Shown here in pieces: positions 42,511 through 53,989 of a DNA stretch of 64,000 nt. The stretch is from Haliotis rubra (taxonomy: Eukaryota): contig NW_025765316.1 of the NCBI RefSeq assembly GCF_003918875.1, positions 124,001 through 188,000 on the forward strand, given 5' to 3'. The notes beneath the pieces are model-generated. The model was not told the DNA's origin. It ran no database searches and saw nothing but the letters and a program-made list of their open reading frames with translations. The stretch's first letter is position 1. Every line of letters begins with the position of its first letter. A program made the position numbers and the translations under genes.

Positions 42511-44646
42511 TGGCATTGCTCACTAAACAAGTAGTAACATTCGCACCCTATCAGAGTAGCCTCGTAACGAAACTGCTTTTGTTTATGATTTCGTTTACAT
42601 CGAACAAAACTGACACGACACCGATGTCGAATCAGACCCAAATATACCGAGTTGGGGCCGTCCAGACTGGGACAGAAATAGCTTCGCTGTCATGCTGTGC
42701 TCGCTGAGCGCAGCCCTAACGTGTGTCACTGGTGAATACAGTGTGCCTGGTCTCTCGACTGTATCATCAACCAGTGTATTGCACTGTTTTAATTTAAAAT
42801 TACTCTAAATGACTTGTCTGTAGTGTTCAGTTGACTGTTTAACAAGCAGTTATCTTATCAACACTTGCTAAGATGGTGTTAAACACTACTCAACGCAATA
42901 TCTCTTAACGTAAATATCTGCTAATTTATACCCATCTCAAGATTGCATTTTGTCAATATTTCCTTGTACACTTTCGGATCACAACTTTCCCCAAAAAGAT
43001 AAGAAAACCGTCAGTGGTCAAAACGCTATAAATATAGCATGTTTCAAAATAGTTGCGCCCAAGTAACAGTCACCACTGGTGTTACAACGCACCTAGAGAG
43101 CACATATGAGAAAGCAACGTATACTGGTGGAGGACAAACATTATGTGGATATTAGTGAAAAATACCCTGTAATTCTTTCTGTTAGAGAATCCAGAACAAG
43201 CATCGACCTTTCGAACTATTAAGTTTCACTCTATATTTAACACCTAGTCTTCAGATTTGGCACTGGCGATAACTGGACTGAAAGTGATACGTGCAAAGTG
43301 GCTTTGGAATGTTCTTTTGGTGACAATTATGAGAAATAACTTTTGATGAATGCGCCTGAACATCTTTTCTTTAGTTAGCTTGTTGAATTTTCATTTCACG
43401 TGAACATGTGCTGCTTAATGGTGAGTTTTGTAATACATGGAGCGTCATGAAGTTATCGGTTTAGTGAGTTCTGGAAAATATACCAGCGCCTTGAGCAATT
43501 GCGAAAGGCTAGTTGCCTGGTAAAGTTATGTGCGCTATATAAATATCATATATCAAAATATCATATATCATATTGAACTCCCTGTTGAACAACGTAAGTG
43601 GCTACATTTACACTAGTGAGTCCTAGCTTTGCTGTTGAGGTGCTGTTGAACTCCTTGTTGAACAACGGGCACGTCCTAGCTTTGCGAGGTGCTAAAGATG
43701 TGGTCATGTTTTTAATTGTCACAACCAGTGGCCACTGAGCACTAGTAACGAAAAGTGATACTACTTCAACGTAGGTATTATGATTTACAACAGTAACACC
43801 GGGTGTTCGCAGTGAGGCCAGCGTCGTATACCTAGACAAGGTGTCTGTGTGATGTGGGTAGTGGATCCTTAGATGTGGTAAAACCGGTGTGTTGAAGAAG
43901 GGCCACATGAACATGATCATAAACACAATAAAAGGGAGGTAATCCCTACACTTTCAAGTATAGTCACGTTACAACTGCGACATGTTATTTTATAAGTTCC
44001 CCCATATAGCTGGAATATTGCTGAGTGCGGCGTAAAACTAAACCCACCCACTCACTATTTTAGAATAAGCTAGTGCAATGGAACTGACATTAGTAGGGAT
44101 AAGTACAATCATACGAGCACGTACTCACGCATGCCTACAAACAATACGCACGCACACACTAGTCATGTCGCTGTAGCGTAGCAATCTTAACAGCGACATT
44201 AAACCCACTTTTCCCCCACATCCCTAATAATTTAACCGACCACCTCCGTGGTGTAGTGGTTAGAGCGTCGTAAATAAACGTTTCATTTCTCGAGAATGTT
44301 CTTAGTTCCTGAGGAAATTGTGTATTTTTAGTTATGACATGTCAAAGTGTCTTGACATAGTTTCAGGTCGTCGCTGCACAGATCTGTTGTTACTAACACT
44401 ACACAAAGAAAAAATGTACATGGTAGTTATAAAGTCGCTTTGATCCACTAAAGTTAAGATACATCAATTCAATTAACTTTCACATGGGTTGCCACATCGG
44501 CATGTTGGATCCTCGTTTAAACATTCTCTAAATACATCTTGTTTAATTCACTTTCACAATGCCTTCTTACACTATGTTTTCAGAGAAATACGATTTATCA
44601 ATTCTTAGACTGATTTATTTCTTAACAAACATGCAATATAACCCAT

Positions 44647-44860
44647 TATGAATTAGCAATGTATACAGCCTAAGAGATTATGGTAAAAACGAGGATTCAG
44701 GAATCTTTATAATATTAATATGAATTAGCAATGTATACAGCCTAAGAGATTATGGTAAAAACGAGGATTCAGAAATCTTTATAATATTAATATGAATTAG
44801 CAATGTATACAGCCTAAGAGATTATGGTATAAACGAGGATTCAGATATCTCTATAATATA
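44647..44860. repeat. 72-bp tandem repeat, 3 copies
   Basis: tatgaattagcaatgtatacagcctaagag... starts at 44647, 44719 and 44791. Confidence 0.9.
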
Positions 44861-45128
44861 TGCTATGAGCAATTCTGAGGTTGTATGATCTTTGACCCAA
44901 CAGAACAATGTGTGTGTGTGCGTGTGTGCGTGTGCGCGCGTAAGTATGTACAGATTGTGTCCACGGTTCGGCCTGCCATGATCCTTTGATCAGGGGTTCG
45001 ACTCCTTGAATTATCCTGATTATTGTCTTGGTTTATCTACACCACACTAACGCTACTTCTTCACCAAAGTGGGAAACACATCGATTCATACCCCACGTAA
45101 CATAATGAATGTCAGTAAATGTACTTAC

Positions 45129-45338
45129 CACCATGTTCTACGTGCCTCGGTGTAGGGATATCCGTTTTTGAATCCACTTGCCGATCACGCATTTGTAGCT
45201 GTGTACTGTCACAGTCTTGTTGCGTTTGGTCATCTTGAACAGCTTGAAGTGAATCGTCCAGTATCCTCTGGTATTCACACATCTGACAAACTTGGATGGA
45301 CTCGGCGTTAATAAACGTGCACCTTGAGCATGACCATC
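45129..45338 (-). CDS. GIMAP-C NZF exon 1 (canonical TF/M NZF + Gln/Asp-rich linker)
   Basis: 210-nt phase 1-1 exon, tttctag|...G|gtaagt: GWSCSRCTFINAESIQVCQMCEYQR... Assignment to GIMAP-C rests on strand, phase and position. Confidence 0.8.
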
Positions 45339-45774
45339 CTAGAAATACATGTGTCACGTACCATTATATTGATATATTTGAAGCATTTATACCTCGGCAT
45401 ATATCGAACACTCACTGTATCAACGCTAATCAAAGTTCCTAAAACTACACTGAATAAACTTCGACTTCGAGAACTAGACAAGAGTTTGGTATGAAATATG
45501 TTCCATTTAATCATAGAAGACGCGGTGTGAATGTTCACTAATAAGTTTTTTGAAGCAGGTAAATCTATGCTTTCTTGAACCAACGCATATGGTGTACATT
45601 AACACAACAAAAAGCTCATCAACGGGGATATGTTTACGCCGCTGCAAAGGGTAAACGGACATTTATTTAAACTGAATTCAAGTATTTTACATGTAAGGTA
45701 AAATATTATCATGTCATGTGACTCAACTATAGAAATGTATAAAATCGAAACAATACGAGAAATAGAAAACGTAC

Positions 45775-45847
45775 CTATTTGAGCGTTTTCCAGAGATGTT
45801 CCTGATATTGCTGTATCTTGTGGTAACTGTCTCGAGTTCGAGCCCAT
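45775..45847 (-). CDS. GIMAP-C probable first coding exon (exon 45775-45878)
   Basis: ttgttcag|...actATGG... encodes MGSNSRQLPQDTAISGTSLENAQI, then G|gtacg phase-1 donor. Confidence 0.55.
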
Positions 45848-46265
45848 AGTGCATATCAATGACTTCGACGGGTTCACTCTGAACAAACAGCACACCTGTG
45901 TGAGCTACAGGTTGGGGGATATTCAAATAGGTGAAGTTGGCGACAGGGTATATATGTATAGGACTGTATACATACACATGTACACGATGTACATCCACGT
46001 ACATGCATCAGCAGTGTGGATTAAAGTATATTGTGAAAAATGTGTATCAGTTGCGTGTTCATGTAGTATCAAACTTTGGATTTGTTTAGATATACAAAGT
46101 AAACACAACTAGGACAGAAAGTTTGATAACGGCATAAGGATCTGTACACGTTGCTTTGATAGTATATAACGATCTGCACATTGAGTGTACTTTATCAAGC
46201 GTCAACACACACACAGCACATACAAAGCTCACACACAAAGCACACACTCAAACGCACTACATATA

Positions 46266-46466
46266 CAGTGAAGCCCCGTTAGTACGGACTCCGATAATCC
46301 GGATATTTCGCTTCCCGGACGATTTTAACTTGTTACCAATCTATGCCTATTTAATTTGCCTCGATAATCCGGAAATTCGGTTTCCTTGGGTCTTGAATCA
46401 GTAGTCCGGACTATCCGCAATCCTTTGCTGAGAAACGCAACCGTTCGGATTAACGAGGCTTCACTG
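46266..46466. mobile_element. Tc1/pogo-type MITE
   Basis: TIRs cagtgaagccccgtta / taacgaggcttcactg with TA on both sides. Confidence 0.9.
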
Positions 46467-46659
46467 TACATATATTTATAATGATAGTGAAAGGAAAAGT
46501 TAAAAATTTACTGATAAAACAGCCGTAAATTCGGTGATAAACTTGTGATCTGTGATAATGAGAAATGTTGAGGTTAATGGTATTATACATCATATTTCAA
46601 TGACATTGAAATGCTTGTCACCACAGGCCCATACAACTTATGCCCAGATAACCAGGAGT

Positions 46660-47030
46660 ACTTACCGATACACTCTACAACTGATTCCTTGGGAATATAT
46701 TTCTCTCCCCGGGAATACAAAATTCCACAAAAGCAATCAGCGGTGGCAGGGTGTATTGCGATGACTCACTAACCTCTATCAAACGACACGGTACACCCAT
46801 TAAGAAAGGAAACCACCCATTACCTGAACTTGGGGACGTGCAGTCTCTTTGTCGTTTCTGTCTGCATCGCCACGATATAATCACTGTGATCTCCATAACA
46901 ACTCTCCCACAACAGCTGTGCTGGGTATTCCCAGTCTCAAAATAGAGTGTCGTCATATTTTATGACGTCACGTTCAAACAGCGTTATAATATTATTCCAC
47001 ACAAAGGACGAGTGCTGCTCGACGAAGGTA
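46660..47030. promoter_or_regulatory. Candidate bidirectional promoter between GIMAP-C and GIMAP-D
   Basis: Outward-facing donors (minus GTAAGT at 46665, plus AAG|GTACGT at 47028). AP-1 TGACTCA 46762-46768, kB-like GGGTATTCCC 46923-46932, CRE TGACGTCA 46963-46970, TATA-like 46984-46991. Confidence 0.4.
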
Positions 47031-47872
47031 CGTACATACCTGTCGTTATTAATCATTGTTTAGGATCGGTGTTTTGCATAATTTCCGATTCGATCTTACT
47101 TCCAATCGATAGCATATGGTTATGGTTATTATGGTGTTTGAAAGGCTGGTTTTGTGGCACGAGCCAGGGACGGCCACTGTGTGTTGATAGCTGGCAGGAT
47201 GGATAGTTTGTATTTTCACTGTGGTAGACTGGTTATGGTTCGGTGAACTGTACTGTGAGAACAGATCACTAACACTACGGATATAGACAGAATGATGTTC
47301 CACAGAGGCAATGCAGTTACCTGATTGTCTTGTTTGTTTAAGGAGTACTGCTGTGTAGCAGTAAATGCTGATATGTTGTAGGCACATTGTGTGACTGGCG
47401 GGTCCCATCGGTAGGACAGGACATTACTGCGAACACCTGGTGTCATTACTAATTTTTAGTAGTCCATTCTCTTTATAGTCACATCCACTTTGACCTTTGC
47501 ACAAATGGAACCATTTCTTAGGGTAATCAAAACTGAGTATATTTTTGCACTGACGTTATACGTTTAACAGTGTGTATAACCCGTTCGCGCTAGAGTAGAG
47601 GTTGTCTTGATTATCAAACGAAAAAACCCGTGAAAGGGCTATGTGGGGGTAAAATTAATAACACTGGCTCACTAAAGGAATGTAATTCAAATTAAGAATT
47701 ATCATCACAATGATAAAGCCAATTAGACCCATGGCTTTATAAACTACAATGTTGATATTTTCTAAAAACCAACAAATATTATTCTTTATTTCCAGGGTTA
47801 AGCACACCTTGATTACTGACAAGTTGGGAGTTCCGTTCTTTGGGTGATCAAGAAATCCCCGATTCTGCCAGT

Positions 47873-49099
47873 ATGGACAGGCGAATTGTATTCCTCGGCC
47901 GAACTGGTTCTGGTAAGAGTATGACGGGAAATAACATCCTCCAAAAACAAGTCTTTGCTTCAAGCTCTTGTGGGTTATCGGTGACAAAGCAATGTCAAAG
48001 AGGAACTGCCAGGAGGAATGGAGTAAACATCGAATTAGTTGACAGTCCGGGGTTATTTGATACAGGAATGAGTAATGAAATTGTTACTAAAGAAATCGTC
48101 AAATGCATTGCCATGACAGCCCCTGGCCCCCATGCTTTTGTGATGGTTCTGCGCATCGATCGTTTCACCAAAGAAGAACAAAACACCGTGGAACATTTTA
48201 AGGATGTCTTTGGTGGGGAAATGCTGAAACACCTCCTGGTCCTTTTCACTAGAAAGGATGATCTCATTGCTGATGGTAAGTCGATCGAAGATTTCATTCA
48301 CGCATCACCAGAACCGCTGACAGAGCTTCTAAACTCTTGCAATAATCGTTATATTGCTTTCAACAACAGGGGTTCGGAGGCGGAAAAAGATCGGGACGTT
48401 CAAAACTTCCTGAGTCTGGTGGACAGGACTGTTAGAGAAAATGGCAACACATATTACACCAATGAAATGTACGAGGAAGCTGAACGGGCTATGAAGAGGA
48501 GAGAGGAGCAACTTAAGAAGGAGCACCAGGAAGATATGGACAGGGAAAGAAGACAGATAGAAGATGAATGTCGAGAGAAGCTACGAGAAACGAACAAGAA
48601 CGCAGACGAGGTGGTGCAAACTCTACAAGCACAAATCGCAGAACTGGAAAAGGCAAAGCAAAACGAAAGCGAATCACAGAGTGTTATAAAGGAACTGCAA
48701 GGTGAATTAAAGGAGGTGACACAATTGCTGGCTGATGTGAAGAAGGATGCCGAGGAACAGAAAGCTAAAGCAGAGAAAGACGCTGCTGAAAGAACACTCA
48801 AATGTCAGTCCGTGACGCCAGATTTCAGAGAACAGGCAAAGCAGGAAGTTAACAAAAACCAAGAGAGGGCCATGGCTGTTTTGAAGTTCTTAGGAGAGAC
48901 TGTGTTCCAAACAGTTTGCAGAGCAATAGGTGATGCTGTTGCTAAGGGTTTGGGAGATGTAATAGGGGCTAGATTTCAAAAGGCAACTGACAAAATCAAG
49001 ATAAAAGAAGAAAACCCCAACACAGCTGGTGTCAAAAAAGGCGAAAAGGCAAATTCCAAAACGGAAAAGAAGGCGAGTGATAAGGAGAAAAAGAAATAG
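47873..49099 (+). CDS. GIMAP-D: AIG1/GIMAP GTPase, coiled coil and Lys-rich tail; single coding exon, no N-terminal module (408 aa)
   Basis: GRTGSGKS, DSPGLFDT, PGPHAF, RFTKEE, TRKDD. An in-frame TGA at 47810-47812 follows the acceptor at 47795, so the start is agtATGg at 47873. Confidence 0.92.
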   Translation: MDRRIVFLGRTGSGKSMTGNNILQKQVFASSSCGLSVTKQCQRGTARRNGVNIELVDSPGLFDTGMSNEIVTKEIVKCIAMTAPGPHAFVMVLRIDRFTKEEQNTVEHFKDVFGGEMLKHLLVLFTRKDDLIADGKSIEDFIHASPEPLTELLNSCNNRYIAFNNRGSEAEKDRDVQNFLSLVDRTVRENGNTYYTNEMYEEAERAMKRREEQLKKEHQEDMDRERRQIEDECREKLRETNKNADEVVQTLQAQIAELEKAKQNESESQSVIKELQGELKEVTQLLADVKKDAEEQKAKAEKDAAERTLKCQSVTPDFREQAKQEVNKNQERAMAVLKFLGETVFQTVCRAIGDAVAKGLGDVIGARFQKATDKIKIKEENPNTAGVKKGEKANSKTEKKASDKEKKK

Positions 49100-49343
49100 A
49101 TGCGATGGATTACATGGCAAGTTGTGTGAAAGAAGAAGTGATGTTTTACCGGACTGAAGAAACTAAACGTATCTCGTGTCCAGTAAGGAGTTTGAATCTT
49201 TACCAGTAAGAGCAAATTATTCCATCAACCCTGCTTTTTTTACTTGACATAATATTTACTGACGCAGTAAGGAAGATGGGATGTGTTCTTCGCCGAATAC
49301 AAAATTATTTCTGAATTGCCATGCCATATTATTTACAGTCTAT

Positions 49344-49450
49344 GGACCGCCTCCGTGGTGTAGTGGTTAGAGCGTCCGCCCGAAGAGCGGAAGGTCGCGG
49401 GTTCTATCCCCGACTGCGTCATACCAAAAGACGTTAAAATAGGGTACTTG
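49344..49450 (+). mobile_element. tRNA-derived SINE head, family C (5' fragment also at about 44238-44270)
   Basis: A box tggtgtagtgg and B box ggttctatcc, followed by non-tRNA body cgtcataccaaaagacgttaaaa. Confidence 0.7.
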
Positions 49451-50377
49451 TGATCCGTATCGTGTTTCATCCTGCAATAAATTATTAGTTAACACTTACT
49501 GATTTAAAAATTATACTTAATTGTGAATAAACACATGTTCTCTTTTTATTCACTCTTTGTTCTTTTGCACTCCGATTGTGCACAAGCAATGTATCCGAAA
49601 CTGTATTCACACACACACACATACATACACACACACACATACACACACATATATATGTACATACACACACATACATACATACATAAACATAGTGTACTGA
49701 CATGTGATAACTAAAAATACACATTTTCCTCGGGATCTAAGAAACGTTCTCGAGAAATGAAACGTTTATTTACGACGGGTTATAGGCCCCATAAGAAGGA
49801 TTAGATGATGTCATTGGGGTGAGCAAACTAGTTGAAACGCAATGTATCTCACGATGGTCACGTGGGGTGTTTAGACGGCAGACAATGGACTGTCAGACAG
49901 AAAAAGCGAGAAACAGATATGGTGTTTACCGAGGTGTTTAGCAGACAGATGGGCACATACATATACAAACACTCACACCCATGTCTTCGTCTGTATGTCT
50001 GTATACACGCATACATACAACATCAATATCTGCATATACTACTCATATTATCTATATACTTTCTCTATATACGGTATTACCTATATAGTCTCTCTATATA
50101 TGTTCTGAGCACTGAACATGACCGAAGTACAACTGTCTGAATTACACACGTCACGTCATGAACATCGTCTGTGTCATGTTGTATTCAGCACGAGGACGTC
50201 CGCTTGCCTCTGGAGATCAATTGACATGCTCATGGCATACAGACATGCAGGCAAATCACTTCCACATATATGTTCCGCGAAGCGTAATTCTACGCGTTGA
50301 CAATTCACTGGTCGAGATAAAATAAATAATATACAGTTACTGAACAGTAACTGAACAGTAACTGATTACGTATACTA

Positions 50378-50732
50378 GTGGGGTGGTGGGGTAACCTAGT
50401 GGATTAAACGTTCGCTCGTCATGCCCAGCGCCAGGGTTTGATTCCCCACATGGGTACAATGTGTGGTGACCATTTCTCGTGTCCCCTGGCCGTGATATTG
50501 CTGGAATATTGCTAAAAGCGGCGTAAAACCCAACTGGGCGGTGGGGTAGCCTAGTGGTTAAGCGTTTGCTCGTCACGCCGAAGACCCGGGTTCGAATCCC
50601 CACATGGGTACAATGTGTGAAGCCCATTTCTGGTGTCCCCCGCCGTGATTTTGGTGGAATATTGATAAAAGCGGCGTAAAACCAAACTCAGTCAGTCAGT
50701 CAGTCAGTAAAACCCAACTCATTCACTCACTC
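50378..50732 (+). mobile_element. Two head-to-tail tRNA-derived SINEs, family A
   Basis: gggcggtggggtagcctagtggttaa (A box), gggttcgaatccc (B box), tail gctggaatattgctaaaagcggcgtaaaacc and (actc/agtc)n. Confidence 0.85.
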
Positions 50733-52029
50733 GCGAGTCCCAAAACTTTCAAAGTAAATTTAAACTTACCATTTTTTTAAACAGACAATCCATGAACATG
50801 TAAAATAAACGTTTCAAAAAGATTGCAACCATACTTAATCACTTTTGACACGTTATTATAAAATGAAGCATCATATTAGCCATTTCAGCCAGAACATATT
50901 TTAAACATATCAGTCTATCAATTCATATATTTTTAAAACTGTGGAAAAGTGTCCATCACCCAGTTAGATTTGTTTCTGTGTTTAGAGTTATATTAAGACT
51001 GCATATCCCAACACGAGCTGAATTCGACGTTCTGGTGATTTCGACGATTGCATTGCAGGCGCTATATCGGAGGAGTACGTGTGCGATCGGAGTGCACAAA
51101 CAGTTTCAGTAGTAGGGCGGGTGCCCAGTCGCTGTCCTGAGAAGTTTTATTGACAAATTGGAAATTGGGAAGTAAAGTTATATAAAAAGCAAACAAACAT
51201 CAATATTATTTACCCGAGATCGTTAATACCACTTACGATGCAAAATCAGTTCCCTTTATAACAAAAAATAGAAAGCGAAAATTCAGTTAGATCAGTCGTC
51301 TGCTGGTGACAGGCAATATATAAATAGGAAGCCACGTGATCACAACACTCCCTCGCAGTGCGGTGCAAAAAGTATGGCTCATCGTCGAAAACCCATACAA
51401 AATACCCGGATGTTACGAGCGGCAACAGTTTCGCCGATACGATTTCATCAACGCTATTTTTGTAGGGAACACTTGATATTTTTGTGTGAAATAGATGAAT
51501 ATATCCTTTATCACTCAAGGTTAGTAAAATACAAACTTTAAATGATATTACAGATAAAAAATACGTTTTTGTCTTACATCGTCGAAAACCCCTGACACCG
51601 GGATACCATTGTAGAAATACTTAAACATTCAAACAGGGAATAATGCTTGATATTTTGCAGAAAAGGGGTTTGTTTTTACCTCAAGTCAACATAGAGCTGC
51701 GTTTCGTAAACACATGGGATATTCTAACCGTTCGTGTGTTTGTATTGAATGTCAAATATAGATTAATGATATGGTTGTAATACATCCTTTAGTATACACA
51801 ATCGCCATTCATGAATATAGGTGTGTATATCTTGACACAATTTCACGAGTGGACGAATTAATGATGCTATGAGGAGATACAGTGGGTACCAAGTACAGTG
51901 GCAGATAATCACCTTATGTGGTTTTGGTTTGGGCAACGAAGAGTTATGGTATATTTTGATATTTTCCGTAGAAATTCGGGATCAAACTCGTAACTGTCGG
52001 TTCATGAGAGACGCATATGTAGAAGGGAA

Positions 52030-52262
52030 ACCCGTGAAAATCCGCGTTAAAATTGATCTTCAGCAAATGCTTGTCCTAAGAGGTGACTATCGGGATCGGG
52101 TGGTCAGGCTAACTGACTTGGTTGACACACGTCATGGTATCCCAGCTGCATTGATGGAAGCTGTTGATCACTGGATCGCCTGGTCCAGACTAGATTATTT
52201 ACAGACCGCCATTATGAAGCTGGAATATTGCTGAGTACGGCGTGAAGCAACAAACAAACAGA
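52030..52262 (+). mobile_element. Dispersed SINE-like repeat, family B
   Basis: Matches 27649-27885. Confidence 0.75.
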
Positions 52263-52904
52263 CAAGAAGGGAGAATGATAGAGACGAAGCCAAGTTGGAG
52301 CCAAGGAGATTTACTTTTAACGAATGGAGTTATTCTGACATTCCCCAACTTATACTTTTTGCGACTTGGTAAAACGTGTACTGAGACATTACCTAAATAT
52401 CCTAATGCATAAAGCTAAAAATTTCACGAAACGTATATATTTAACAATCATACTGGGTTAGAACGGCCCCTCATTAGGCGACTCGCAACAACACCAGTCA
52501 TGCTGTTGTCCGTACCCGCTTGACCTATACACAGCATGTAACCTGCTGAGCTTACCCCCTTGTAATACAAACCAATAATAGCGATTTGAATCTTTGAAAA
52601 TTGTCTTACTACCATTGTTGATTTTGCTAATGACCATTGTCGTTAGTACTATTGCTGTGATTGTTAATGACCATTTTCGTTAATACCATTCTTTAGTTGT
52701 TCACGACTCCTGTTACATTGGTTGATATTTAACATATCCCGTCATAAACAAAACTCCTAGTGTCATGAATCTCAGGATACATCATCAATACGGAACAACT
52801 TTGTCGTTGTCGTTGATTGTGGTTGTTAATGCATTATAATGTCCATGTGGAATCTATTTGAATGGAGGGTCACCCAAGAATAGACGATATCGTCTAATGG
52901 AGGG

Positions 52905-53989
52905 TCACCCAAGAATAGACGATACCGTCTTCTTTACCTCCAATATCAACATTTTCAGTCCAGTTTCACGAACGCTGATATTACGGTTTGTCCCCATGTC
53001 CATTACATCTCGAAATGAATCTCTGAAATGTAAATTCATGTCATTTGCCATCACTCGTTCTTCTTTCCTACATTCCACCTCGTACTGCCTTTGATGTTTT
53101 TCTATCATCATTTCGTAACCCCGGATCTCCTGTTGCACTGCGTATATTTCGGAGGACTCCGTGGAATCATCTGACCTCTCCTGTTTGAGGTCCTGCAGCC
53201 TCTGTTGAAGTTGGGCTAGAATTTCATGTTTAGATGTTTCAGCTTTAGCCTTTTCATGCTTCATCTTCCGCTTTCGCTTGACGTAATCTTTCTTGTTCTG
53301 GACATCTATCCTGTGCTCAAGTCTTAGCTGTTCCTTTCTGTCCTCTATAATCCTACTAGCGGAAACATAGATCCAGTTGCTGTAGCACCTTCCTCGATTT
53401 GCAACTACCATTTTATCAACTGCATTGAGTAATGATTGGACATCTTGATCTCGATCTTCCTCTGGTGCCCTATTGTTGAATGCCACAAATCTATGTTGAC
53501 ATGCTAGGAGTAAAGTCTTCAGCCTATCTGGTGCTTCTGCAATAAATTCGTCAACAGTGACGTTGTTATGAATCAAGTCATCCTTCCTTGTAAACAGGAT
53601 TATCAGATACTTCATCATGTCGTCTCAAAATATTTGTGAAAAGAGGTCCACCGTGGATTGCTCTTTGTCGGTAAAGCGGTCGATCTTGATGACAAGGACA
53701 AAAGCATGAATACCTGGAACAGTCATCCAAACACAGCGGGCAACTTCTCTAGCAATTTCTTCAATTTTCATATTTGTATCAAACATACCAGGTGTGTCAA
53801 TAACTTGAATCTGCCGCCCATTTCTATTGGTTTCACCTCTCTGACATTGATCAGTTTGTGATCGACCTGAAACACCTGTGTGGAAAATCTGTCTATTGAG
53901 GATGTTGTTTCCAGTCACACTTTTACCGGATCCTGTTGATCCCAGGAGTACCATCTTGATAGTCTCAGCGGAACTTCCCTGCCCTTCAT
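52905..53989 (-). pseudogene. GIMAP-E GTPase exon with one in-frame premature stop
   Basis: ORFs 53625-54059 and 52905-53618 are in the same frame and joined by TTT TGA GAC GAC ATG, where paralogs read FG[DEG][DNE]M, implying GGA>TGA. Phase-1 acceptor atttcag| at 53991-53990. Exon is 1085 nt, the same as GIMAP-C. Confidence 0.85.

Noticed and set aside
45830-45847. N-myristoylation signal at the GIMAP-C start (MGSNSR)
   Set aside because: Gly2 is present but position 6 is Arg rather than Ser/Thr, and the start exon itself is uncertain.
47796-47872. N-terminal module spliced onto GIMAP-D
   Set aside because: An in-frame TGA at 47810-47812 follows the acceptor, and no plus-strand finger exon was found upstream.
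49344-50732. tRNA genes
   Set aside because: A/B boxes run into SINE bodies and tails that are repeated across the window; no complete cloverleaf is evident.
53625-53627. Selenocysteine or programmed readthrough at the in-frame TGA
   Set aside because: The aligned residue in the paralogs is Gly, not Cys, and no SECIS was recognised; a point mutation or sequencing error is simpler.
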